The notes beneath the pieces are model-generated. The model did not search any database, was not told the origin of the DNA, and saw nothing but the letters and a program-made list of their open reading frames with translations. Below are positions 1 to 9,778 of a stretch of 64,000 nucleotides of DNA, piece after piece (positions within the stretch are counted from its first letter, which is position 1; each line of letters opens with the position of its first letter). The stretch is taken from assembly GCA_963768655.1 (NCBI GenBank), contig CAVYIM010000003.1:192001-256000 (forward strand). The letters run 5' to 3'. Source of the stretch: an uncultured Chloroflexia bacterium (GTDB taxonomy: Bacteria > Chloroflexota > Limnocylindria > Limnocylindrales > CSP1-4). The position numbers and the translations under genes are program-made.

Positions 1-1480
1 GGTCCAGCGCCGCCGGCAGGGCTTCGAAGCGGGCCCGGGTCGTGTCGGCTGCGCGATCGAGTGAGACCACCGACACGAACAGCAGCGGCACGACGACGGC
101 GGTCGCCAGCGTGGGACCGAGCCATGCCACCGGCCGCCACCAGTGGCGCAGTCTTCCGATCCAGGCGATGAACGCGTCCAGCGCCACCAGGAAGCTGACG
201 ATCAGGAGAACGTAGATGGCTCCTGCCGCATGCAGGAACGTGCCCCAGATGGTGCTGACCGGGAAGACCAGGCTCGTGACCAGGAAGGTGATGACGGCCA
301 GCACGACGAGGGGCCGCAAGGCGTAGAGGCGGGCACATCTCGGCAGCGTCAGCAGGCCGAGGAATCCGACCGGGAAGCCCGGCACGATCAACACCTCGAC
401 GAGGTTGTGAAGGATGCCGGTGACGCGCATGCCGATGAGCGCCGCCGGACCCTGGGCCAGATAGTTGGCGAGGGTCGGCTGATCCTGGTAGGCGTAGATG
501 TCGGTCGGGTTGACCGACAGTGCGTTGGCGAGGGTCTGGCCGGGCAGCGGGCTGCCGAACGCGAGCCAGTCGCGGACGGCCCACGGGGCGAAGACGAGGG
601 CGGCGACGGCGGCCGGTACCGCGACCAGGCGGAGGCGCTCGAGACGGGACGGCCGCGCGCCGGGCGAGCCGGCGTCGCCGGCGGCGGTCAAGGTCCAGCG
701 CCAGGCGACGACGAGCCAGGCCAGCCCGAGCCACACGGCCTCGCTGCGGGTCAGACCGGCGAGGCCGATGAGCAGCCCGAGGCAGACCAGCCGGCGGTCG
801 AACTGGCGGACAAGACGGAGGCCGACGCGGCGAACGGAAGGACAAACGCCAGGGCGGTCGAAGGGACGGTCACCTCCGGCCGGGCGGTCGGAGAGCCTGC
901 CCCCTTCGCCAGGTCGGCCACCTTCGGGCGTCCGCGCCTCGATTCGCGTCATGAGGAGGCACGCTGCCAGAGAGAGCGCGGCAAAGAGCGCCGTGGAATT
1001 GGGGAGCATCCCGTACACGACCAGCGGCCCGAGGAGGCACGCGACCACGCCCGTGCCGGCCGCCAGCGTGCGTGCCCGCCCCACGGGCAGCTTCATCTCA
1101 GCGGCCACGTCGGCGCCGAGCCGCCACGCCAGCGCGGCTCCGATCGCGCTCACGACAACGGAGAACACCTGAGCGGCGCGGAACCAGTTCGCGGCGCCTG
1201 CCAGCCAGACGGGGACGGCGGCGAGCAGCGTGGGCAACGGCAGCCACACCTCGAACGCGGCCCGCGGCACTTGCAGGGGTGGGGTCCCGTAGCTCCACAG
1301 GGCATCGCTCACCAGGCCGCGCCCCTCGACAAGGTTGCGGGCGACGCCGGCGTAGTACACGGTGTCCTCCGGGACCGGGAAGCTCAAAGTGGCTGCGGCC
1401 ACGGCCCGGACGGCCGCGGCCAGGGCGAAGATGACGCCGGCGCTCAGCCAGGCCTCGCGGCGGCCGGGACGGAAGCTCAC
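1..1480 (-). CDS. GT-C fold (ArnT/PMT, GT39-like) membrane glycosyltransferase, runs off the window's left edge
   Basis: Not in the ORF track. Manual translation from GTG 1480 (GTGA overlap with the upstream stop) gives MSFRPGRREAWLSAGVIFALAAAVRAVAAATLSFPVPEDTVYYAGVARNLVEGRGLVSDALWS...WLPLPTLL...GTFLHAAG, a paralog of 1477-3141. Confidence 0.8.
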   Translation of the reverse strand, partial: MSFRPGRREAWLSAGVIFALAAAVRAVAAATLSFPVPEDTVYYAGVARNLVEGRGLVSDALWSYGTPPLQVPRAAFEVWLPLPTLLAAVPVWLAGAANWFRAAQVFSVVVSAIGAALAWRLGADVAAEMKLPVGRARTLAAGTGVVACLLGPLVVYGMLPNSTALFAALSLAACLLMTRIEARTPEGGRPGEGGRLSDRPAGGDRPFDRPGVCPSVRRVGLRLVRQFDRRLVCLGLLIGLAGLTRSEAVWLGLAWLVVAWRWTLTAAGDAGSPGARPSRLERLRLVAVPAAVAALVFAPWAVRDWLAFGSPLPGQTLANALSVNPTDIYAYQDQPTLANYLAQGPAALIGMRVTGILHNLVEVLIVPGFPVGFLGLLTLPRCARLYALRPLVVLAVITFLVTSLVFPVSTIWGTFLHAAGAIYVLLIVSFLVALDAFIAWIGRLRHWWRPVAWLGPTLATAVVVPLLFVSVVSLDRAADTTRARFEALPAALD

Positions 1481-3141
1481 GGCGTCGCTCCTGTCGCGCA
1501 GCGAGTGTCACCGGCGGTCGTACAGATCGGGAAGATCGCCAGAGCCGGCGCGGCGTCCGCCGCCTGATCGCCCGTTTCGGGCCCCGTGTACGGCACCGTG
1601 AAGATCGGCGCCCCGATCCAGTCCGGCCGCGGCTTCATCTCCAGGATCGGGATGAGCGGGGTCACGATGTGGGCTCGCTCCAGCACCAGCCAGCGCGTGC
1701 CGTAGTCGACGGCCACCTCGTGGATCACATCGAGCGAGTCGTTGGGGGTGACGACGCCACCGTGGCCGGTGAAGTACTCGAACCCGGCCGGATCGGCGCT
1801 CAGGAGCAGGTCGGTCGGCGGGGCCCCGGCGTGATCGAGGGCGGCGCCGGCGTCGAGCCGCAGGGTGCGGTCCTGATCCCATGACCGCCCGGCCAGGAAC
1901 GCGAAGGCGCCGGCGTTGAGCGCGATCGTGATCACGGCGGCGATCAGGAAAAGCCGGGCGGCGCGGTCCTCCTGCCAGCCACGTCTGTGCCGGGCGGCCC
2001 ACGCCGCCACGATCGCGACCCCCTCGAGCCCGGCGATGAAGGTGTATGGGATCAGCGCCTCGGCCGAGTGGAGGAAGGTCCCGTAGGGCACGTGGACGGC
2101 GAAGACCAGTCCCGAGGCGCCGAAGAGCAGGCCGGCGTAGAAGAAGAACGGCTCGAAGTCGATCGATCGGCGGCGTTCCCACCAGCCCAGGAGCACGAAC
2201 GGCACCAGCACGACCGAGCAGGCGATGACGGAGAAGATCTGGATCGCCGCGACGAACCCGAGGATGCGGCTGGTCAGCAGCGGCCCGACTCCCTGACCCA
2301 GGAAGGCCGTCAGCGAGGTGTCGGACGTGACGCTGTTCATCTGCTCGTAGTTCGCGATGAGCAGGATTTGGCCCGAGGTCGACGATGGCGAGAGGCTGCC
2401 GAAGACGGCCAGCTGGCGCAGATACCACGGCGCCATGACCACGAGGAAGAGGCCGAAGCAGGCGAAGGCGTAGCGCCATGGGATCGCCGGCATTCGGCCG
2501 CCTTTCGAGCGCCAGGCCCGCCAGCGATCCCACAGGAATGCGATCCCGACGGCGGCACCGAGCAGCACGCCGTCGTTTCGGGCCAGGGTCGCCAGGCCGA
2601 CCATCAGGCCCGCCAGCGCGAACGATCTGCGGTGGCCCTTGAGGCCGCGGGCGGTCAGCCACAAGGCGGCCGTGCCCAGCGGCTGGTAGAGGGCGAAGTT
2701 GTCGGGCTGGGCCATGTAGATGGCGGCGGCGGCGGGGAGCGACACGGCTATCGCGGCTGCCACGGCGATCCGATCGCCCGCCCCGACTTCCCGGGCCAGG
2801 AACCAGGTCATCGGCGCCGCCAGCGCCCCGATCACGAGGAACGGGATCGCCGATGCCAGCGAGGTGGGTCCGAGCAGCCACATCGTCGGCAGCTGCACGA
2901 TCGACGCGAGCGGCATCCAGTGGGCGTTGCTCGGGATCGGCAGCATCGGCTGGGCCGGGATTCGGCCGCCCACGTCCACGAACGACCAGATGAAGTCGAT
3001 GCTGAAGCCGTGGCCGGCCAGCAGAGCGCGGGCCACGTCGACGTAGTAGTAGGAGTCCGGATAGGCCGCGTCCGCGTGCACGGCGAACAGCACGGCCCGG
3101 GCCGCCAGCGCGAACGCATACAGAGCGAAGGGGATCCGCAC
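1477..3141 (-). CDS. GT-C fold (GT39/ArnT-like) membrane glycosyltransferase
   Basis: Polytopic protein with a YPDSYYY acidic loop after TM1 and a GLATLARNDG motif. Start taken at GTG 3141, 8 nt after TGcTACGCT; ATG 3159 is the alternative. Confidence 0.8.
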   Translation of the reverse strand: MRIPFALYAFALAARAVLFAVHADAAYPDSYYYVDVARALLAGHGFSIDFIWSFVDVGGRIPAQPMLPIPSNAHWMPLASIVQLPTMWLLGPTSLASAIPFLVIGALAAPMTWFLAREVGAGDRIAVAAAIAVSLPAAAAIYMAQPDNFALYQPLGTAALWLTARGLKGHRRSFALAGLMVGLATLARNDGVLLGAAVGIAFLWDRWRAWRSKGGRMPAIPWRYAFACFGLFLVVMAPWYLRQLAVFGSLSPSSTSGQILLIANYEQMNSVTSDTSLTAFLGQGVGPLLTSRILGFVAAIQIFSVIACSVVLVPFVLLGWWERRRSIDFEPFFFYAGLLFGASGLVFAVHVPYGTFLHSAEALIPYTFIAGLEGVAIVAAWAARHRRGWQEDRAARLFLIAAVITIALNAGAFAFLAGRSWDQDRTLRLDAGAALDHAGAPPTDLLLSADPAGFEYFTGHGGVVTPNDSLDVIHEVAVDYGTRWLVLERAHIVTPLIPILEMKPRPDWIGAPIFTVPYTGPETGDQAADAAPALAIFPICTTAGDTRCATGATP

Positions 3142-3219
3142 GGCGTCGCAGCGTAGCATCGGCCCGGTCCCACTCCACCGGTACTAAGGGCCTATCTGCC
3201 GGCCCCGACCGGCGGGGCG

Positions 3220-3307
3220 TGGAGCGGCGCCGGCACGGAATGGAGCGGCGCCGACACGGGGAGCGGAGTTGCGCCGGACGGCGCGGACGGCGTGGAGCAG
3301 CGCCGGA
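3220..3307. repeat. Imperfect direct repeats tggagcggcgccg(g/a)cacgg in a divergent intergenic region
   Basis: Copies at 3220 and 3241, plus a partial copy tggagcagcgccgga at 3293. Confidence 0.7.
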
Positions 3308-3633
3308 TTTCGCCCGTTCCCGGTCGCATTACCGCCCAATATCGCCCGGGACATTCCAAAGCGAGACCGAAGGCCCCGTCCGGGCTGCGCGGCCAGGCCG
3401 GGAGGCATCCGGCCGCTCGATCCACGCTCAGCGCAGTGTCGCCGTGGCCGCGTCCCCGTCCGGGAGGCTTCGACCCGTTGTGCAGGATCGTCAGGGGCGA
3501 TATTGGGGCAAGTGACGTGGCCCCTCACCTGACGTGGCTTCGTCCAGGGCGAAGACGAGCAGGGATCGGCACGGATCGAACGAGCGGCGCGAGAGGTGCT
3601 GCGGCGCGGCGGCTGCGCCTCTAAACTCCGGGG

Positions 3634-4470
3634 ATGGTTTTCAGCAGCCTTTCGATCGTCCTGCCCGCGTTCAACGAGGAAGCCCGGCTCGGGCCCGCGC
3701 TGGACGAGTTGTTCGCCTATCTGCGTGCTGCGCCGAAGGGCGCTCTGCCCGGCAAGGTTGACGTGCTGGTCGTGGACGACGGAAGCACCGATGGCACCGC
3801 GGCGTTGGTCAGGGCGCGGGCCGAATTCGGCGGCGCCGCAGGAAGGGCGGCCGAAGGCAGCGCGACCGGCGCCGCAGGAAGGGCGGCCGAAGGCGACGGC
3901 CCGGTGCTGCGCCTGCTGACCGTCCCTCACGCCGGCAAGGGGGCAGCGGTCCGGGCGGGAATGCTGACCGCGCAGGGCGATGTGATCGTGTTCGCCGACG
4001 CGGATATGGCCACGCCGCCGGACCAGCTGCCGCGGCTGGTGCAGGCCCTGGCGTCGAGCGACGTCGCCCTCGGCAGCCGCATTCAGCCCGACGGCTCGGA
4101 CATGCGAGCCTCGCAGCCGCGCTTCCGACGTCTCGTCGGCAAGCTCTTCCGCCTCGCCGCGCGCGTCTGGGTGACCGGGCCGATCGACGACACTCAGTGT
4201 GGCTTCAAGGGGTTCCGGCGCGAGGCGGCGCGCGACCTGTTCGGCCGGCTGCGGATCACGAGCATCGTCTTCGACGTGGACCTGATCTTCCTGGCGCGGC
4301 GGCGCGGCTACCGCACAGCGGTCGTGCCCGTCGTCTGGGCCGATCGCCGCGGCTCGCGCATGCATGCTCGCCCGCGGCTGGCCCTCCGCGTCGTCTGGGA
4401 CCTGCTGCGTATCAGGCTCATCCACCGCGGTGTGAAACGAGTCGCGGCCGAGGGCGCGCCCGCGAAATGA
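3634..4470 (+). CDS. GT2 polyprenyl/dolichyl-phosphate hexose synthase-like glycosyltransferase
   Basis: SIVLPAFNEE, VVDDGSTDGT, GKGAAVRAG, FADAD and DTQCGFKGF motifs. Confidence 0.9.
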   Translation: MVFSSLSIVLPAFNEEARLGPALDELFAYLRAAPKGALPGKVDVLVVDDGSTDGTAALVRARAEFGGAAGRAAEGSATGAAGRAAEGDGPVLRLLTVPHAGKGAAVRAGMLTAQGDVIVFADADMATPPDQLPRLVQALASSDVALGSRIQPDGSDMRASQPRFRRLVGKLFRLAARVWVTGPIDDTQCGFKGFRREAARDLFGRLRITSIVFDVDLIFLARRRGYRTAVVPVVWADRRGSRMHARPRLALRVVWDLLRIRLIHRGVKRVAAEGAPAK

Positions 4471-4480
4471 GCGCGCCGCG

Positions 4481-5638
4481 ATGACCTCGCTCCCGGCGTC
4501 CGCAAGGCAGCGGCCCCGGCTGACCGGGGCCTTCGTGCCCGTCGGTTCGATCGCCCTGCTCGTCGGGATGCTGGCTCTCGTCCTCGCGACGGCGGGCAAT
4601 ACCCTTGGCTACGACTTCAGCTGCTACGAGGGCGCGGCCGGGGCCCTGCGCGACGGGCGTCCCATCTACGACGTGGCCTTCTCCGTCAACGTCGGCACAT
4701 GCCCCGGCACATACACCTACCCGCCGGCCTTCGCCGCCTTCCTCGTCCCGTGGCTCTCTCTTGGGGGCGCGGCCGCGGGGCTGTGGTGCCTGGCAATGGC
4801 GGCGTGCTTCCTGGCCGGAGTGACGCTGCTGCCGGTCCGGCGCGACGTGCGCTGGCTCATCGTGGTCGTGGCCGCGCTCGACTGGCCGCTGCTCTACGCG
4901 GTCAAGCTCGGCCAGGTGGAGCCGCTCCTCTTCCTGGGTTTCGCGGCGGTCTGGCGGTGGATGGATCGCGCCGCCGTCCTGGGCGCGGTGACGGCGATCG
5001 GGACGCTGGTGAAGGTACAGCCGGCGCTGCTCGGGGTCTGGGCCATAGCCACGGGACGGTTCCGTGCGGCTGCGATGGCCGCCGCAGCCACCCTCGCGCT
5101 CGCGGCCGCGGCGACCCTCGTCACGGGCGTCGGCGCGTGGGAAACGTACGCCGATCTGCTGCGTCAGCTCGGCGGGCAGCTGTCGACGCCGCACAACTTC
5201 GCGCCGGGCGCCGTCGCCCATATGGCTGGCGCCTCTGACGCGGTGGCCACGACGGTCCAGCTCGCCTCGGCCGCGCTGGCCGTGGCCGCGCTCCTCGCCG
5301 CGTGGCGCTACGCCAGCCCCGAGCTCAGCCTGCAGGTTACGATCGTGGCCAGCCAGCTCATCTCGTCGCCGCTGCGCGACCACTACGCCGTGCTCCTGCT
5401 GCTGCCGACGGCGTGGCTCGTTGGGCGGGGTCGAACCTGGGCGGTCGTCTTCCCGCTGGCCGGCTGGATCGCGCTCTTCGCCGGCGACGCCTGGCTCCCC
5501 ACGGCCAGCGTCTCGATCACGTTCTTCGCCTGCCTGGCGGTCCTGCTGTGGGAGGCGGCGCTCCAACGGCGTGCCGCTCGCGGCGCGGCCGCTGCCGGCA
5601 CGCCTGCGGCTGCCGCAGACGCCGCGCCGGCGCCCTGA
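4481..5638 (+). CDS. GT87 (DUF2029/PimE-like) membrane glycosyltransferase
   Basis: YDFSCY, YTYPP, LGQVEPLL, KVQP and DHYAVLL motifs; multiple TM segments. Confidence 0.85.
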   Translation: MTSLPASARQRPRLTGAFVPVGSIALLVGMLALVLATAGNTLGYDFSCYEGAAGALRDGRPIYDVAFSVNVGTCPGTYTYPPAFAAFLVPWLSLGGAAAGLWCLAMAACFLAGVTLLPVRRDVRWLIVVVAALDWPLLYAVKLGQVEPLLFLGFAAVWRWMDRAAVLGAVTAIGTLVKVQPALLGVWAIATGRFRAAAMAAAATLALAAAATLVTGVGAWETYADLLRQLGGQLSTPHNFAPGAVAHMAGASDAVATTVQLASAALAVAALLAAWRYASPELSLQVTIVASQLISSPLRDHYAVLLLLPTAWLVGRGRTWAVVFPLAGWIALFAGDAWLPTASVSITFFACLAVLLWEAALQRRAARGAAAAGTPAAAADAAPAP

Positions 5639-5723
5639 GACCGGTTCTCGCCGGCTCCGCCGTCCCGTGCGCCACGAAGTTGCGCCGGCAAGCACGCTGA
5701 GGGCGTGGTGCTATTCTCGGCGA

Positions 5724-6950
5724 GTGACCATCCCCTCCACATCAGCCGGCGGGCCTGCCCGTCCGGGTCAGCGACCGCGCAATCTCGTCGCCCGCCGCCG
5801 GGCGTTCGATTCCATCGCGGCGAAGACCTGGGACGCTCTCGTCGATCGGACGCCGGCCGCGACGCCGTTCTCGCGCCACTGCGTGCAGCGGGCCTGGTGG
5901 GACGCGTACGGGGACACTGCCCACGACCAGACGCTCGTCGTCGTGGACGAGACCGCCCCGGACGAGATCGTCGGAATCGCGCCCCTGATGCATCGCCACG
6001 AACTGGAGCCGGGGGACCTGGCGGCGCGCACGACCATCCGCCATCAGGTCGGGCCCACGCTGCGCTCCGTGCCCGAGGCGGCGACCGCGGTTTTCTTCGG
6101 CGCCTCGTATCACGCGGACTACGCCACGATCCTGGCGGGACCCACGGACCTGCCCGGCGTGTGCGAAGCCGTCGTCGCCGAGCTTGCCGAAGAAGATCCG
6201 TCGCGCTGGGACGTCGTGGACCTGCGCCGCCTCCGCGCCGGCGATCCAGCCGCGGACGCGCTCCTCGCCGCCTTCGAGTGGGTGGCGCCGCGTGGCAGCT
6301 GGCTGGTGACGCGCGAGCAGGAGGAAGTCTGCCCTGTGCTGACCCTCCCCGCCGGCCTCGACTTCGAGGGCTACCTCGGCACACTCGACAAGAAGGAGCG
6401 CCACGAGATCCGGCGCAAGATCCGCCGCGCCGAGGCCGCCGGACCCGTCGAGTTACGCAAGTCGGAGGTCCCGGCCGCCGACCTCGAGACCTTCATCGAC
6501 CTGCATCAAAAGCGCTGGGGCGAGGATGGCCTCTTCCCGGCCACGCAGGGCGGAGCCGCGAGCCGCCGATTCTTCGCCGGGTTGTTCGAGAGTTGTGCTC
6601 CGGCCGGGATCGTCGAGCTCGACTTCCTGACGGTCGGAGGGCGCCGGATTGCGGCCGGAGTGATCCTCGACGACGGCCATACCGTCTACTACTACAACGC
6701 CGGCGTCGAGCCCGACGCGAGAGAGCTTTCCCCTGGAGTGGTCATGGTCGCGTCCTACATCCAACGAGCTATCGAGCTGGGTCGCACCCGCCTCGACTTC
6801 ATGCGCGGCAACGAGCCCTACAAGTACGAATGGGGCGCGGTCGACGAGCCGATCGAACGGCTGCTCGTTCAGCGAATGGCCGAGCCGGCTGCGGCAGCCG
6901 GGGGCGATGGCGTCGCCTCGACGGCTGCCGGCGCCGCGGAGGGCCGCTAG
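5724..6950 (+). CDS. GNAT (CelD/BcsL-like, Acetyltransf_6) protein
   Basis: LHQKRW, YYYNAG, SPGVV and LDFMRGNEPYKYEWGA. Start GTG 5724 follows TGcTATTCT. Confidence 0.85.
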   Translation: MTIPSTSAGGPARPGQRPRNLVARRRAFDSIAAKTWDALVDRTPAATPFSRHCVQRAWWDAYGDTAHDQTLVVVDETAPDEIVGIAPLMHRHELEPGDLAARTTIRHQVGPTLRSVPEAATAVFFGASYHADYATILAGPTDLPGVCEAVVAELAEEDPSRWDVVDLRRLRAGDPAADALLAAFEWVAPRGSWLVTREQEEVCPVLTLPAGLDFEGYLGTLDKKERHEIRRKIRRAEAAGPVELRKSEVPAADLETFIDLHQKRWGEDGLFPATQGGAASRRFFAGLFESCAPAGIVELDFLTVGGRRIAAGVILDDGHTVYYYNAGVEPDARELSPGVVMVASYIQRAIELGRTRLDFMRGNEPYKYEWGAVDEPIERLLVQRMAEPAAAAGGDGVASTAAGAAEGR

Positions 6951-6952
6951 CG

Positions 6953-8164
6953 ATGGGCGCCGACGAAGGCCATGACGGCCACGAGGAGCCGTGTCTCGAG
7001 CTGGACGACCGCGGGCCACTCCCCGGTGGACGGGTGCGGGTCGCGGAGGTCATGGCCACCGGCACCAACGGCGGAGCGCAGGAGCACGTCTTCTCGCTCG
7101 CGTCGCGGCTCAACCCGGCCCGCTACGACGTCCGGGTCATCTCGCTCTCACACGGCAGCAGCGTCCGCCGGCTGCAGAAGGCCGGCATCGAAGCGTCGGT
7201 GATCGACGAGCCCGACGACCGGCTGGCCGTCCTGGCGCTGGCTTCGGAGCTCGCGTCGTTCGAGCCCGAGGTCGTCCACAACCACATGTTTCGGGCCGAG
7301 GTCGTGGGCACCAAGGCCGCGCTCCATCTCGGCGAGGAGGGCTGCCGGCGTCCGGCCGTCATCTCGACCGTGCATTCGAGCCGCATCCGCTGCGTCGAGG
7401 ATCGGGAGACGCTCCGCCAGCTCACTCCGCTGATGGATCGCCTCATCGTCGTCTCGAAGGCGATCGAGCAGAAGATCGCCGACGAGGGGCGCAAGGGCGC
7501 GCCCATCAGCCTCATCTACAACGGTGTGGACCTGCAGCGCTACAACCACCAGCAGCCGTGCTGCACGCTCCACGAGGACTACCACATCGACGCCGAGGCC
7601 CCGATCGTCGGCGTGGTGGCCCGGCTCGAGGCTGAGAAGGGACACCGCACGCTGCTCGAAGCCTGGCCGCTCGTCCTCGCCGCCGTTCCCGATGCCTGGT
7701 TGCTCGTCGTCGGTGAAGGTTCGGAGCAAGACTCCCTCGAGGCCCAGGCCGAAATCCTTGGGATCTCCGGTCGGGTCGTCTTCACCGGTCGCCGCGAAGA
7801 CGTGCCGGCGGTCACGGCCGCGCTGGACGTCTCGGTCCTGCCGTCCTATCGCGAAGCGCAGGGTCTGAGCGTTCTCGAGGCCATGGCGCTCAGCCGCCCG
7901 GTCGTGGCGTCGGCGGTGGGCGGGATTCCGGAGATGATCGAAGACGGCGTCAGTGGATTGCTGGTCCCGCCGCACGACAGCGAGGCGCTGGCGGCCGCGA
8001 TCGTCCGGCTGCTGACGGACCACCCGCTGGCGGACACGATCGCCCGCCGCGGCCACGACCTCGTGCACGAGCGCTTCTGCATCGAGCTTATGGTCAAGTC
8101 CGTCTCCGACCTGTACGACGATGCCGCCCTGCGGATCCGCCAGTCGGAGGGCGTGGCGAGGTAG
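6953..8164 (+). CDS. GT4 family glycosyltransferase
   Basis: GGAQEHV, IYNGVD, VARLEAEKGH and EAQGLSVLEAMA (EX7E), VGGIPE. Confidence 0.9.
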   Translation: MGADEGHDGHEEPCLELDDRGPLPGGRVRVAEVMATGTNGGAQEHVFSLASRLNPARYDVRVISLSHGSSVRRLQKAGIEASVIDEPDDRLAVLALASELASFEPEVVHNHMFRAEVVGTKAALHLGEEGCRRPAVISTVHSSRIRCVEDRETLRQLTPLMDRLIVVSKAIEQKIADEGRKGAPISLIYNGVDLQRYNHQQPCCTLHEDYHIDAEAPIVGVVARLEAEKGHRTLLEAWPLVLAAVPDAWLLVVGEGSEQDSLEAQAEILGISGRVVFTGRREDVPAVTAALDVSVLPSYREAQGLSVLEAMALSRPVVASAVGGIPEMIEDGVSGLLVPPHDSEALAAAIVRLLTDHPLADTIARRGHDLVHERFCIELMVKSVSDLYDDAALRIRQSEGVAR

Positions 8165-8206
8165 AGCGGGCGCCGTTCGGCGCGGAGCCCTCCTGGGCGG
8201 CGCGCC

Positions 8207-8962
8207 TCAATGCCGCGCGCCGCCGAACGGGCTTGACCAGCGGCGCCGCACGTGGAGCGACTCCTGCTCGTCGTAGGCCGCTGCGCCGATCAGCGGCACG
8301 AAGACGCACCCACCGAACGCTCGTTCCTCGAAGGCCTCGCCGCGACGGATCACCTGGATCAGGTCCTGCGCGCCGAGCGGCCCGACGGGTATGACCAGCC
8401 GGCCGCCGTCTGCCATCTGGCGGCGCAGCGGGTCGGGCACGCGAGGCGCGGCGGCCGTCACGATGATGCCTTCGAACGGGGCGCGCGGTCGCCAGCCGAT
8501 GCTGCCGTCTCCGACCTCGATCCGGACGCGGTCGGCGATGGGCGAGCCCGTGGCGCCGGGATCGTCCGTGCCCGTGCCGACCGAGTTCAGCGACGCCAAT
8601 CGCGTTCGCGCGGCCGCCGCCAGCTCGGGATGGCGCTCGATCGAGAGCACCTCGCACCCGATCAGGGCCAGGATTGCGGCCTGATAGCCCGAGCCGGTGC
8701 CGATCTCGAGGACCCGCATCCCCGGGTGCGGTTCCAGCAGCTCGGTCATGAGGCCGACGATATACGGCTGGCTGATCGATTGACCCGAGGCGATCGGCAG
8801 GGCACCGTCGCAGTACGCGTCGCCGGCAAGGTCCGGCGGCAGGAACAGTTCGCGCGGCAACTCACCCATCGCAGCCAGGACACGCTCGTCGCGAATGCCA
8901 CGGCCACGGAGCTGGCGCTCGACCATCTCCGCTCGCAGCCGGCGGGCTCGCTCAGGATCCAC
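8207..8962 (-). CDS. pcm: Protein-L-isoaspartate O-methyltransferase
   Basis: GQSISQPYIV, VLEIGTGSGYQAA, PFEGIIVTAA and CVFVPLIG. Confidence 0.95.
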   Translation of the reverse strand: MDPERARRLRAEMVERQLRGRGIRDERVLAAMGELPRELFLPPDLAGDAYCDGALPIASGQSISQPYIVGLMTELLEPHPGMRVLEIGTGSGYQAAILALIGCEVLSIERHPELAAAARTRLASLNSVGTGTDDPGATGSPIADRVRIEVGDGSIGWRPRAPFEGIIVTAAAPRVPDPLRRQMADGGRLVIPVGPLGAQDLIQVIRRGEAFEERAFGGCVFVPLIGAAAYDEQESLHVRRRWSSPFGGARH

Positions 8963-9050
8963 GCGTCGAAGATACGCCCCCGCCGGGCGCGCCAACGCCG
9001 GGATGTGCCGGCGGCTGGCGAAACGACCGGCGGTCGGCCGGTCGAGCGTG

Positions 9051-9545
9051 CTACGAAGCGGTGGCGCTCGGTGCCGCAGTCGGGGCCGCCGTGACCGAAG
9101 CGGTCGGCGTCGCGGCCGGAGTCGGCGTCGCAACCGGCGTCGGGGTTGGCACCGGCGTCGGCGTCGCGGGCGGAGGCGAGTAGGTCTCCAGGTTCAGTGG
9201 CGGCAACGTGGGAACTGCCCCGGCGGGCCAGACCGACACCACGTACGAGCCTGCGAGGATCGCGACCAGGCCCACGGCGCACACCAGGGCGAAGAGCCCC
9301 GAGGCGCGGTCGTCGATGTGGACGCGCTCGTGCGTCGCCCGAACCGAGCCCTGCGGGTGGACTTCGGCCTCGGCCTCGGCGGAGGAACGACGGAAGCCGA
9401 ATCGGCGGCCGGGCTTGCTGGGCTCCATCGGAGCGCCGGCCTCGGCTTCGTCGCTGGCCTCTAGGTCGTTGTCGAACTCTTCCTCGCCTGGCATGAATTC
9501 GTTGGGCTCGCCCTTTTCGAGGGCGTCCTTGTCCTGGTCCGGCAT
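9051..9545 (-). CDS. Hypothetical single-TM protein with acidic N-terminus and PT-rich extracytoplasmic tail
   Basis: MPDQDKDALEKGEPNEF..., one hydrophobic helix, TPTPVP repeats; AGGAG upstream. Confidence 0.7.
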   Translation of the reverse strand: MPDQDKDALEKGEPNEFMPGEEEFDNDLEASDEAEAGAPMEPSKPGRRFGFRRSSAEAEAEVHPQGSVRATHERVHIDDRASGLFALVCAVGLVAILAGSYVVSVWPAGAVPTLPPLNLETYSPPPATPTPVPTPTPVATPTPAATPTASVTAAPTAAPSATAS

Positions 9546-9778
9546 GCCCTGGCTTCGCTCCTGTGTTGGTGTCGGCACGCGCGTGCCTTGTTCGCCGGGT
9601 GCGGGCTGCCCGCACGATGACGGATTGGGCGCGACCCTCCCGCGGCAGTTTAGCCGGAATCCACGGATCGCCGCTTGCATCTCGCTCGGAGGAGTCCGCG
9701 CGATCATGCGGATGTCGCGCGCGATGTCGGGCGGCGGCACGCCCCGACCGCGCGCCCCGACGGCGCGACCCGGCCGCG

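Noticed and set aside
143-1567. Long + strand ORF and many similar ORFs (e.g. 3184-4599, 22868-25084, 45314-46894, 57331-58977)
   Set aside because: Antisense or alternate-frame shadows of real genes in high-GC DNA; Arg/Gly/Pro-rich with no motifs
3220-3307. CRISPR array from the 21-bp repeats (also the repeats at 17004 and 43244)
   Set aside because: Repeats are adjacent without unique spacers, there are too few copies, and there are no cas genes
5064-5723. N-terminal extensions in the ORF track (also GT4 5705, pcm 9133, kelch 28254, fhs 32879, MFS 43137, MBL 62268)
   Set aside because: They overlap neighbouring genes or lack coding character; better starts have an RBS or a -10 element
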